A stretch of 64,000 nt of DNA, from positions 1-64,000 of the forward strand of contig CAVPSB010000037.1 in the NCBI GenBank assembly GCA_963708025.1. The letters run 5' to 3'. The translations under genes and the position numbers were made by a program. The stretch comes from an uncultured Candidatus Rokubacteria bacterium (GTDB taxonomy: Bacteria; Methylomirabilota; Methylomirabilia; Rokubacteriales; DASRDR01). Shown here piece by piece: positions 37,553-48,792 of the stretch. How positions within the stretch are numbered: position 1 is the stretch's first letter; each line of letters starts with the position of its first letter. The notes below the pieces were generated by a model. That model saw only the letters and a program-made list of their open reading frames with translations, did not search any database and had not been told where the DNA came from.

Positions 37553-38912
37553 ATGACCGCGCCGGCCGGCCGCACGGCGCTCTTCACCAACGCCCACGTC
37601 GTCACCATGGACGACGCCGGCACCGAGCACCCGGGCGGCTGGCTCCTGGTCGGCCAGGGCCGGATCCAGGCGGTGGGCGGCGGGCGGCCGCCGGCGGCCG
37701 ACGAGACCGTGGACCTCGGGGGCGCCGTCGTCACCCCGGGCCTCGTCAACGTGCACCACCACATCTACCAGAACCTCACCCGGACCCGGGCCCAGGAAGG
37801 CAACCTCCTCGAGTGGCTCCAGGCCCTGCTCCCGATCTGGGCGGGTCTCGACGCCGAGGCCGAGTACGCCGCCGCCCGCGCCGGGCTGGCCGAGCTCGCG
37901 CTCTCGGGCTGCACGACCGTCTTCGACCATCACTACGTGTTCCCCCACGGCCGCCCCGGCCTCGTGGAGGCCGAGGTCCAGGCCGCGCGGGAGCTGGGCG
38001 TCCGCATCGTGGCCGCCCGGGGCTCGATGGACCTGGGGCAGTCGCGGGGCGCGCTGCCGCCGGACTCGATCGTGGAGGACGTCGACCGGATCCTCGCCGA
38101 CACCGAGCGGGTGGCCCGGCTCCACGAGCCGGGCCCCGGCGCGTGGGTGCAGATCGTGGTGGCGCCCTGCACGCCGTTCACGGCGTCGCGGGAGCTCATG
38201 CTCGAGTCCGCCCGGCTCGCGCGACGGCTGGGGCTGCGGCTCCACACCCACCTGGCCGAGACGGTCGAGGACGAGGCCCTCTGCGTGCAGCAGTACGGCT
38301 ACCGGCCGATCGACTACCTGGCGGACGTCGAGTGGCTGGCGCCGGACGTCTGGTGCGCCCACTCCATCCACCTCGGGTTCGCGGACGTGCAGCGGCTCGC
38401 CCGGACGCGCACCGGGGTCGCCCACTGCCCCACGTCGAACCTGCGCCTCGGGCGCCGGGGTGGCCCCCATCCGGGCCATGCTCGACGCCGGCGTTCCGGT
38501 GGGCCTCGGGGTGGACGGCCCGGCGTCCAACGAGCGGAGCGACATGCTGGCCGAGGCGCGCCAGGCGCTCCTGGTGGCCCGCGGTCACGGCGGCCCGGCG
38601 GCCATGACCGTCCGCCAGGCGCTCCGGCTGGCGACGCGGGGCGGGGCGACCGTGCTGGGGCGCGCGGACATCGGCGCCCTCGAGCCGGGCAAGTGCGCGG
38701 ACTTCGCCGTCTGGCGGACCGACGGCCTGGCCTTCGGCGGCGCCGACGATCCGGTGGCCGCCCTCCTCCTCTCCGGCCCCTACCGGGTCGACCGGCTGTA
38801 CGTCGGGGGCGCGGCGGTCGTGGCCGACGGCGCCCTCGTGCGCGCCGACGAGCGGGAGATCATCCGGTTACACCGCCAGCAGGCCCGCCGCTTCGTGGGG
38901 CAGGGCCGATGA
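37553..38912 (+). CDS. 8-oxoguanine deaminase-like amidohydrolase (frameshift near 38452)
   Basis: TPGLVNVHHHIYQNLTR, LSGCTTVFDHHY, APCTPF, LHTHLAET, AHCPTSNLRLG, GLGVDGPASNE, GALEPGKCAD. Confidence 0.9.
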
Positions 38913-38974
38913 GCTTCGCATCACGTCGTGGTTCGGACCCTTCGGCCTTTGGGTCGTCGTCCGTCCTCCGCCTC

Positions 38975-39148
38975 CTACTTGTCCTTGATGGCCGCCTGGA
39001 CCTTCTTGGCCACGTCGGGCGGGATACTGGACATGCCGTGCGCCTTCTTGGCGTGCTCGGCGCCCTTGGCCATCACCTCGGCCTCGTCCTTGCCCTCGAT
39101 CACGGCGTTGCAGCCGGGCATGAGATCCCCGCATCGAAGTTGCTTCAT
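38975..39148 (-). CDS. DUF1059-like small metal-binding protein
   Basis: MKQLRCGDLMPGCNAVIEGKDEAEVMAKGAEHAKKAHG (Cx6C...Hx4H); GAGGA SD. Confidence 0.85.
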   Translation of the reverse strand: MKQLRCGDLMPGCNAVIEGKDEAEVMAKGAEHAKKAHGMSSIPPDVAKKVQAAIKDK

Positions 39149-39159
39149 GTCGTTCCTCA

Positions 39160-40776
39160 CTACTTCGCCAGGAATGCCTTCGCCTGGCGAATCTCGGGTC
39201 GTTCGGAGTCCGCCTTGTCGGCCAGCGCCAGCACGCGGTCGTAGTACGCGCGCGCCCGGGCGCGGTCGCCGGCGGCCTCGGCGGCACGGGCGGCGCCGAA
39301 GAGACCGCGGAAGCGGTTCGGGTCGTTCTTCTGCGAGCGGTCGAACTCGGCGAGCGCCGCCGCCGGCTGCCCCAGGTCGAGCAGCATGTCGGCGAGCATC
39401 TCGCGGGCCGGGAAGAGCGCGCCCGGCGTCACCGGGTGCTTCTCGGTCGCGTCCTCGCGGTCGGCCGCCTGCCGCATCAGCATCAGCGCTTCCTCGTTCC
39501 GGCTCTCGGCGCGCGCGATCCAGGCGGAGACCGCCAGCCGCTGGATCTCGCTCTGCTCGGCCCAGTAGCCGACCTTGGCGGCGGTGAGGGCGTCCCGGAG
39601 CGCCTCCAGGCGCGCCGCGCTCTGTTGCGCGTCGGCCACGTTGCCGCTGCGGGCGGCGCCGATGCCGCGCGCGAACCAGGTGATCGACTCCGCCTGCGGG
39701 TACTTGTTCCACGGCAGCTCCTTCGGCGTCGGCGTCAGCGCCGCCGCCGAGACCCAGTCGCCGCGCTCGAGCGTGTAGCGCGCAGGGATGGCGGCCAGCG
39801 CGAAGGCGCCCGCGAAGTGGTCGACGTTGACCTTGCGCGTGGCGAGGACCTCCTCCACGAGCGCCCTGGCCTCGCGGTCCCTCGCCAGCTGCATGTACGC
39901 GTACATCATGTAGTCGTAGGCGTGCAGCGCCTCGTAGGAGCGCAAGCCGGTGGTGTTGTCGCGGAGCGCCTCCTGGGCGGCGCGGGCGGAGGCGCGGTTG
40001 GAGTCGATCGACTCCTGCCAGGCGCCCACGCGCGTGAAGATGTGCGAGGGCATGTGCTGGGCGTGGGGCGCGGCCGGCGCGATGGACGCGTAGCGCCGCG
40101 CGGCGCCGAGGCCCTTCTGCGCGATCGGCGGGAAGTCGTAGGAGTGGATGAGGTAGTGCGCCACGCCGGGATGGTTCGGCTGCTCGGCGAAGACCTTCTC
40201 GAGGATCGAGGCGGCCTTGAGCTGGTTGGCGTAGGTCTTGTCGGCGGGATTGAGCGTCATGTTGAGCGCGAGCGAGTAGAAGACCGCCGCCTCCCGATCG
40301 TCCGGATAGCGCGCGGCCAGCTGCTCCATCGCCTTCTCGTACGCCGTCGCGCGCGTCTTGTGGTCGACCTTGTCGGCGTCCTTGTAGATCTGCTCGATGG
40401 CCGCCACGTAGTCTCGCTCGCGCTGGGTCTTCGCCCCGGCCGCCTTCGCCTTCTCCACCGCCGCCCAGCCTTCCTTGAGGCCCTGCGCGCTCGGCGGCGC
40501 CGCCAGCGGGTTCCCCATCCACGCCATCGCCACGCCCCACCAGGCGATGCCGCAGCTGGGGTCGGTCTGCGCCGCCTCTGTGAAGGACTTCATGGCGGCG
40601 TCGAGCCAGAAGGAGTGCAGCAGGGCGACGCCCCGAGTGAAGGACGGCTGCGCCGCCGCCGCGCACGAGGTCTGGAAGCTGACCTGCCCGAGACGATCCG
40701 CCGACGGCGCCTGCGCGAACACCACGCCGGCCACGATAACGACGAGGACGCTCAGCAGCCCGATGACTCTCCGCAT
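39160..40776 (-). CDS. Exported TPR-like helical protein
   Basis: Signal peptide; LGQVSFQTSC, GVALLHSFW, HPGVAHYLIHSYD, HAQHMPSHIFTRVG, PNRFRGLFG. Confidence 0.88.
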   Translation of the reverse strand: MRRVIGLLSVLVVIVAGVVFAQAPSADRLGQVSFQTSCAAAAQPSFTRGVALLHSFWLDAAMKSFTEAAQTDPSCGIAWWGVAMAWMGNPLAAPPSAQGLKEGWAAVEKAKAAGAKTQRERDYVAAIEQIYKDADKVDHKTRATAYEKAMEQLAARYPDDREAAVFYSLALNMTLNPADKTYANQLKAASILEKVFAEQPNHPGVAHYLIHSYDFPPIAQKGLGAARRYASIAPAAPHAQHMPSHIFTRVGAWQESIDSNRASARAAQEALRDNTTGLRSYEALHAYDYMMYAYMQLARDREARALVEEVLATRKVNVDHFAGAFALAAIPARYTLERGDWVSAAALTPTPKELPWNKYPQAESITWFARGIGAARSGNVADAQQSAARLEALRDALTAAKVGYWAEQSEIQRLAVSAWIARAESRNEEALMLMRQAADREDATEKHPVTPGALFPAREMLADMLLDLGQPAAALAEFDRSQKNDPNRFRGLFGAARAAEAAGDRARARAYYDRVLALADKADSERPEIRQAKAFLAK

Positions 40777-40824
40777 GGGACCCTCCTGGAGATATGCCGG
40801 TCGATACGAGCGAGTGGTGGAGAA

Positions 40825-40853
40825 ACTATAGGCCCGGGTGCGGGAAGTGTCAA
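40825..40853 (-). promoter_or_regulatory. Near-consensus sigma70 promoter TTGACA-17-TATAGT
   Basis: Reverse strand, about 50 nt upstream of the TPR gene and its GGAGG SD. Confidence 0.8.
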
Positions 40854-41053
40854 CGCCGCCATGGTCTCTTTGCCGCTGTGACGGTGGGCAAGAGGCGCGA
40901 GTCGAGGAGCGGCCCCTGCTGACAGGGTGGACGATCTCTCGAGCCGCGACTAGTGCCGTTCCAACTTGATGCGGCTATTGCTCGGCGCCAGGTCGCACGG
41001 CGCCGCGCCCGTGACAGGGCCGTCGGCAACTCGTTGAGAAAGCTCGAACGGCA

Positions 41054-41993
41054 CTAGCTCTCTTCCTTCCGGTAGGGGATCCCCGCCGCCGCCGGGGCCG
41101 GTGAGCGCCCGACCAGCCCGCACATGGCCAGGAGGGCGAGGACGTAGGGGAGCATGACCGGGAGCTGGTAGGGGATCCCGAGGTCGTAGGTCTGGATCCG
41201 GAGCTGGAGGGCGTCGGCGGCCCCGAAGATGAGGCAGGCCGCGAAGGCCCCGACCGGGTGCCACTTCCCGAAGATGATCGCGGTCAGCGCGATGAAGCCC
41301 CGGCCGGCGCTCATGTTCTCCGTGAACATGTTGACGTGGGAGATCGACAGGAACGCGCCGCCGATCCCGGCCATGATGCCGCTGACGATGACGCAGGTGT
41401 AGCGGATCCCGGCGACGCTCAGCCCCGCGGTGTCGGCCGCCCGCGGGTACTCGCCGACGGCGCGCACCGCCAGACCCCAGGGCGTCTTCAGCAGCACCAC
41501 GGTGGCGATCGGGAGCAGGACGGCGAGGAGGTAGACGAGCGGGGTCTGGCGGAAGAGCGATCGGACCGAGCACCGGGATGTCGCCGAGCAGAGGGATCGG
41601 CAGCATCTCGAAGGCCCGCACCCGCTCGACGTTGGCGCCGCGCAGGATGACGCGGCTCAGATACGTCGTGCCGCCGAGTGCGAGCAGGTTGAGCGAGACG
41701 CCCGTCACGACCTGGTTCGCCCCGAACGAGACGCAGGCGACCGCGTGCACCAGCGCGAGGGCCCCGCCGGCCAGCCCCGCCACCAGGACGGCCACCCAGA
41801 GGTTCCCGGTCAGGTGGCTCCCCATGACCGCGCCGAACGCCCCGCCCAGCATCATGCCCTCGAGCGCGATGTTGAACACGCCGGAGCGCTCGGAGAACAC
41901 CCCGCCGACGGCGGCGAACCCCAGCGGCGTGGCCATCCGGACGTGGCGGTCGAGGAAGTCGACCAGGACCTGGAAGCTAAGAAAGCTCGACAT
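41054..41993 (-). CDS. Nucleoside/simple-sugar ABC permease 2 (frameshift near 41555)
   Basis: FSERSGVFNIALEGMML, ANQVVTG, TPWGLAVRAVGEYPRAADTAG, GRGFIALTAIIFGKWHP, MLPYVL. Confidence 0.9.
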
Positions 41994-43082
41994 TCGTCCG
42001 ACTCGACGGCCGGCGCCGGCGCCGGCCGGCCGTCGCCGCCGCGGAGGAAGCGCCGGGCCGGCTGCCAGTGATGGAGCACGAGCCCGAGGGTCAGGAGGAA
42101 GATGGACAGGCCCTGGATGACGATGACGATGGCGACCGGCGTCCCCACCGCCCGCTGCATGAGGCTGCCGCCGCTCCGGAGCGCGCCGAAGAACAGCGAC
42201 GTGGCGATGACGAGCAGGGGCTCGTTGCCGGCCAGGAAGGCAGCGGCGATCGCGTCGAAGCCGTAGCCGGGCGAGAACCGGTCGAAGAGCCGATACTTCA
42301 GGCCCATGACCTCACCGGCGCCCGCGAGTCCCGCGAGGGCGCCGGAGCGAACATGACGCCGAGCATCGTCCGCCGCACCGACATGCCGCCGTAGGCCGCC
42401 GCCGACGGGTTGAAGCCGACCGCGCGGATCCGGTAGCCGAGGGCGGCCCGGTGGAGCACCCAGTGCAGCACGACCGCGGCCGCCGAGGCCGAGCAGGATC
42501 CCGGCGTGGGCGTCGGCCTCGGGCAGGATGAGCGGCAGGTGCGCCGACTCGAGCAGCACCGGCGAGAAGGGGTACGGCGCGCCGGGCTCCATCATGGGAC
42601 CGTTCACCACGTAGCCGACCCCGTAGATCGCGATGTAGTTCATGAGCAGGGTGGTGATGACCTCGTTCACGCCCCGGCTGACGCGCAGGTAGGCCGGCAG
42701 GAGCGCCCACAGCCCGCCAGCCACGCCGCTGGCGGCCAGCGCGAGCGGGATGTGGAGCAGCGGCCGGGAGCCCGGGAACGTAGAGTCCGACCCACGCCGC
42801 GCCCAGGCCGCCCAGGTAGATCTGCCCCTCGGCGCCGATGTTGAAGAGGCCGACACGCGCGGCCAGGGCGACGCCGAGGCCGGCCAGGAGGATCGGGGCC
42901 ATCTTGGTGAGGGTGGCGCCGAAGCCGAAGACGTCGCCGAAGGCGCCGTGGGCGACCGCCCAGTAGGCGGTCCACGGATTCCCGCCGGCCAGGCTGATGA
43001 AGGCCGCGCCGAGTCCGAGCGCGAGACAGAGCGCCCAGACCGGGACCAGCCGGAAGACGAACCGCCGCCAGCGCCCGCTCAC
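41990..43082 (-). CDS. Nucleoside/simple-sugar ABC permease 1 (about three indels; 3' end approximate)
   Basis: GLFNIGAEGQIYLG, GVNEVITTLLMNYIA, GYRIRAVGFNP, SGALAGLAG, GYGFDAIAAAFLA across several frames. Confidence 0.85.
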
Positions 43083-43135
43083 CGGTTTCCCCTCGGGTCA
43101 GCCATGGCAGGAGCGCCGGCCCGGGCCCGGGCCGC

Positions 43136-44639
<1,504 letters not shown>

Positions 44640-44700
44640 TCGCTGCGGTGGGGAGGGCCGGCCCCCGCGCTTCCGCTCGAGGACCGGCCTCGCCGGTCGC

Positions 44701-45665
44701 CTACTGTCTGCTTGAGCTTACCGTCCAGCATCATCTTCTTGGCCTCGGCCACCTTGTCCTTGACCTTCTGGGGCACCGTGTCGCCGAACTTGCCGTAGCC
44801 GGCGGCCTTCTCGTTCTCGACCCCGATCAGGTACGACTTGCCCTGGAGCTTGCCGCCCTGCGCGAGCTTCGCGACCTCGAGCATGCCGATGTCGATGTTC
44901 TCGATCGCGCTCGTCAGGATCGTCTTCGGGGCCAGCGCGTACTGGTCGCCCACGAAGCCGATGGCGAAGACGCCCTTCTCCCGGGCCGCGTCGATCCCGC
45001 CCTGCTGGGCCAGGTCCAGGTTCGGGGCGATGACGTCGGCCCCCTTGGCGATGTGGGCCAGCGCCGCCTCCTTCGCCTTGCCGACGTCGTCCCAGTCGCC
45101 GGTGTACGACATCGTCGCCTCGACCTTCGGGTTGACCCACTTCGCCCCGTCGCGGAACCCGGCGAAGGCGTCGTCCATCGCCTTGAACTTCTGGGCGGTG
45201 ATCAACGCCAGCTTGTTCGTCTTGGTCATCATGCCGGCCGCCACGCCGCCCAGGAAGGCGACCTGCCAGTGGTTGATCTGCATGGAGGCGATGTTGGTCC
45301 CGGAGATGTTGCCGTTCGTCACCACGAACCACGCCTTGGGGAACTTCGCCCCGACCTGCTTGGCCGCGGCGTCGAACTCGCCGCCGTGCCCGAAGACGAG
45401 GTCGAACCCCCGCCGGGCGAAGTCCCCCATGGCCTCCGCCTGGTCGGGCTGGGCGACCTTCTCGACGAACGCCACCTCGGCGCCCAGATCCTTCTCGATC
45501 GCCTTGATCCCCTTGTGCCCCAGCTCGTTCCACGCCTTGTCGGTGATGACGCCCGGCAAGCACGATCGCGACCTTGAGCTTCTTGGCCTGGGCCTCGCTG
45601 TCGGTGGCGCTGCCCACCAAGAGCAAGGCGAGCCCGGCCATCAGCACGATCCATGTCCGCTTCAT
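44701..45665 (-). CDS. BMP-family (purine nucleoside-type) ABC substrate-binding protein (frameshift near 45560; 3' end approximate)
   Basis: Signal MKRTWIVLMAGLALLL; KVAIVL/PGVITDKAWN, LVFGHGGEF, YTGDWDDVGKAKEAA, GADVI, TILTSA. Confidence 0.88.
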
Positions 45666-45882
45666 TGACTCCTCCCTTTTTGGCGCTCTCGTCGGATCTC
45701 GCATCGCACCGCCGTGACGGTGCGGCACCTTCGGAAGGGCTGGCGGTGCTCGCGATGCCTCGAGGGCCGTGCGCCGCGCCCGATCGACGAGGCGAGTCCT
45801 GCGGAACTTCACGACACGCCTCCTTGATAGGACGCTGGTCGGAGACGCGCGGTACCCGAGAGCGTGAGACCGACTGGACCTG

Positions 45883-45912
45883 AGGCTACTTGGACGCTGC
45901 TCTCGGTGTCAA
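45883..45912 (-). promoter_or_regulatory. Sigma70-like promoter TTGACA-18-TAGCCT for the BMP ABC operon
   Basis: Reverse-strand hexamers; implies a leader of about 210 nt. Confidence 0.55.
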
Positions 45913-46033
45913 GGCGGCCCGAGGCCGCTCGAGGTCCCACCGGGCCGTGTCGCCTCGATCGGGGCTGCTGCCGGCCTCGCCGGTGTCGTGACCGGCGCCG
46001 CCGCTCGAACCGCGGAAACCACGGGTGCGCGGC

Positions 46034-46062
46034 TTGACAGGGCCGGGGCCGCCCTCTAAGGT
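46034..46062 (+). promoter_or_regulatory. Sigma70 promoter TTGACA-17-TAAGGT for the NMT1-ABC/Gfo/UbiD operon
   Basis: Perfect -35, 17-nt spacer, TAnnnT -10. Confidence 0.7.
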
Positions 46063-46105
46063 GAAACGCACTCTTCCGATCACACTTGACGGAGGTGGCA
46101 CGCCG

Positions 46106-47107
46106 ATGCGACTCGCCTGGAGATGGGTCGGGACGGGGATCCTGGGGCTCGCTCTCGCGCTGGCGCCGGTGGTGGGCCGGCCGGCCGACAAGCCGACGAA
46201 GAAGGTCACGTTCCTCACCAACTACGTCTTCCACGGCCGGCACTCTCCGTACTTCGTCGGCCTCGAGAAGGGCTTCTACCGCGACGCCGGCTTCGACGTC
46301 ACCATCGCGCCGGCCACCGGCAGCGGCTTCGTCATCACCGCGCTGGAGGGCGGCAAGGCCGACTACGGGATGGCGGAGTCAACCTCGGTCGTGCAGGCGG
46401 TGGCCAAGGGCGCCAAGGTGCGCGGCTTCGGCGTGTTCATGGACGTCACCACCAGCGGCCTGGCGTCGCTGACGCCGTACCCCACGCCCGAGTCGCTGGC
46501 CGGCAAGACGATCGCGGCGGGGCTGACCGACAGCGCGCGCGTCATCCTGCCGATCGTCTTCAGCCTGAAGGGCCTCGACGCCGGCGCGATCAAGTGGCAG
46601 GCGGCCGACCCCGGCGTCTACGCGTCGCTCCTGCTGGAAGGCAAGGTCGATCTCTACACCGCCTCCATCGACGGCGACGTGCCCGCCCTGATGCGGGTGG
46701 CCACGCCCCGCGGCAAGACCGTGCACTTCGCCGCGTTCGCCGACTGGGGCTACGACGTCTTCGGCTACCTCCTGGTCACGACCGCCGACCGGATCGCCGG
46801 CCAGCCGGACGAGGTGCGGGCGTTCGCGGCGGCGACCGTGAAGACGGTGCGGTACTCCATCGAGCACCCCGAGGAGACCGCCCAGATCATGGTGAAGCAC
46901 AACCCCACCCTGAACTACGACACGACGCTGGCCCAGTGGCGCCAGTCGATCAAGGCGATCGAGACCGCCTACGTCAAGCAGCACGGCTACGGGATCGCCA
47001 CCCCCGACCGGCTCCAGCGGACCATCGACCTCGTGAAGCAGGCATTCAAGCTGGACCTGGCCCTAACGCCGGGCGACGTCTACGCCACCGGGTTCATCGC
47101 CCGATGA
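46106..47107 (+). CDS. ABC substrate-binding protein, NMT1/THI5-like
   Basis: Signal peptide; VTFLTNYVFHGRHSPYFVGLEKGFYRDAGFDVTI...GSG; GGAGG SD. Confidence 0.9.
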   Translation: MRLAWRWVGTGILGLALALAPVVGRPADKPTKKVTFLTNYVFHGRHSPYFVGLEKGFYRDAGFDVTIAPATGSGFVITALEGGKADYGMAESTSVVQAVAKGAKVRGFGVFMDVTTSGLASLTPYPTPESLAGKTIAAGLTDSARVILPIVFSLKGLDAGAIKWQAADPGVYASLLLEGKVDLYTASIDGDVPALMRVATPRGKTVHFAAFADWGYDVFGYLLVTTADRIAGQPDEVRAFAAATVKTVRYSIEHPEETAQIMVKHNPTLNYDTTLAQWRQSIKAIETAYVKQHGYGIATPDRLQRTIDLVKQAFKLDLALTPGDVYATGFIAR

Positions 47108-47120
47108 CGGCCGGCCCGGC

Positions 47121-47882
47121 ATGCCTGCGACGGCGGCGATCACCGTCGAGCGCCTGACCAAGGTCTTCGACACGCGGGCGGCGCTCGAGCGGCTCTCGTT
47201 CGAGGTCGGCGAGAACGAGTTCGTCACGCTGGTCGGCCCCAGCGGCTGCGGCAAGTCGACCGCGCTCCGGATCGTGGCCGGGCTGGTGGCGCCGACGGAC
47301 GGCGCGGTGCGAATCCGGGGCCGCGTCGTGGACCGGCCGATCCGGGACGTGGGCATGGTCTTCCAGGCCCCCGTGCTCCTGCCCTGGCGGTCCACCCTGG
47401 CCAACATCCTCTTCCCGGCCGAGATGGCCGGCCGGCGCCCGGGCGCCTACCGCGACCGCGCGCGCGAGCTGATCCGGCTGGCCAGCCTGGAGGGCTTCGA
47501 GGGCAGCTACCCCCACCAGCTCTCGGGCGGAATGCAGCAGCGGGTGGCCATCTGCCGGGCCCTGCTCCTCGGCCCGTCGCTCCTGCTCATGGACGAGCCG
47601 TTCGGCGCGCTCGACATCATGACCCGGGAGAAGATGGGCTTCGAGCTCCTGCGCATCTGGGGCGCGAGCCGGACTGCCGTCCTCTTCGTCACCCACAGCA
47701 TCACCGAGGCCGTCCTGCTCTCCGACACCATCGTCGTGATGACGGCCCGGCCGGGCACCGCGAAGGCGGTGATCCGGGTGGATCTGCCGCGGCCCCGCGA
47801 CGTGAAGATCCTCCAGGACCCCCGCTTCGTCGAGCTGGCCGGCGCGGTGCGCGACAACATCGAGGCGCAATGGATCGAGTGA
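47121..47882 (+). CDS. ABC ATP-binding protein, NitT/TauT family
   Basis: [36 protein letters not shown]. Confidence 0.95.
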   Translation: MPATAAITVERLTKVFDTRAALERLSFEVGENEFVTLVGPSGCGKSTALRIVAGLVAPTDGAVRIRGRVVDRPIRDVGMVFQAPVLLPWRSTLANILFPAEMAGRRPGAYRDRARELIRLASLEGFEGSYPHQLSGGMQQRVAICRALLLGPSLLLMDEPFGALDIMTREKMGFELLRIWGASRTAVLFVTHSITEAVLLSDTIVVMTARPGTAKAVIRVDLPRPRDVKILQDPRFVELAGAVRDNIEAQWIE

Positions 47883-47942
47883 GCGACTCGGGATCGCCCC
47901 TCTTGCTTCGCCGGGCGCGTCCCGGTTGGGCGCAGCAGGTCG

Positions 47943-48015
47943 CCCCCCCTCCCCCCGGCCAAAGGCCGAAGGCCGTCAATGGGTCGGGAGGGGTCGGGGG
48001 TGGGGGGGGTCCCAA
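47943..48015 (+). repeat. Modular repeat copy (core at 47957) ending at the permease ATG
   Basis: CCCCCCCTCCCCCCGGCCAAAGGCCGAAGGCCGTC...GGGTCGGGAGGGGTCGGGGGTGGGGGGGGTCCCAA-ATG. Confidence 0.85.
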
Positions 48016-48789
48016 ATGATCGCCCGGCGGGAGCGGCTCCGGCGAGCCGGCGAGGCGCTGGCCGGGCTGGCCGGGCTCCTCCTGGCCTGGGAGGTCGGCG
48101 TGCGGCTGGCCGGCACGCCCGAGTACATCCTGCCGGTCCCGTCCGTCGTCGTGGCGAAGTTCTGGCAGACGCTCCCGGTCCAGGTCCACCACCTCGGGAT
48201 GACGGCCCTGACGACGGTCATCGGCCTGGCGCTGGCGCTCGTCGTCGGCGTGCTGCTGGCGCTGGCCGTCGTCTACGTCCGACCCCTCCGGACGCTGATG
48301 CTGCCGGCCCTCGCCGCGTTCAACAGCATCCCCAAGATCGCCATCGCGCCCCTCTTCGTCATCTGGTTCGGCCTGGGCGCCGAGCCCAAGGTGCTGCTCG
48401 CCTTCCTCCTCGGGCTGTTCCCGGTGTTCGTGAATTCGGTGACGGGGCTGGGGGAGATCGAGCCGGACGTGCTGGACCTCGCCCGGCTCTGTGGGGGGAC
48501 GGGGTGGCGGATCTTCGCCAAGGTCCGCCTGATGAACGCCCTGCCGTACATCACCGACGCGGTCAAGGTGGCCCTCCCGCTCGCCCTGGTCGGCTCGATC
48601 GTGGGCGAGTTCATCGGCGGGAACGCCGGCGTGGGCTACCTGGTGCTGTCGGCACAGTTCAATCTGGACACCCCGCTGGTCTTCGCCTGCCTGATGTCCA
48701 TCACGCTGTTCACCACGCTGGCCATCGGCGCCGTCGTGCTGCTGGAGCGCGTCTTTCTCGTCTGGCGCCCGTCCCAGCGCAAGCGCTGA
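48016..48789 (+). CDS. ABC permease, NitT/TauT family
   Basis: YILPVPS, IPKIAIAPLFVIWFGLG, DLARLCGG...KVRL, IVGEFIGGNAGVGYL. Confidence 0.93.
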   Translation: MIARRERLRRAGEALAGLAGLLLAWEVGVRLAGTPEYILPVPSVVVAKFWQTLPVQVHHLGMTALTTVIGLALALVVGVLLALAVVYVRPLRTLMLPALAAFNSIPKIAIAPLFVIWFGLGAEPKVLLAFLLGLFPVFVNSVTGLGEIEPDVLDLARLCGGTGWRIFAKVRLMNALPYITDAVKVALPLALVGSIVGEFIGGNAGVGYLVLSAQFNLDTPLVFACLMSITLFTTLAIGAVVLLERVFLVWRPSQRKR

Positions 48790-48792
48790 CCC

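Noticed and set aside
45700-45835. SAM-I riboswitch in the BMP leader (CCTATCAAG...AAGGTGCC similarity)
   Set aside because: GAGGGA kink-turn, GCAACC and the closing P1 strand could not be found; kept only as an unclassified leader.
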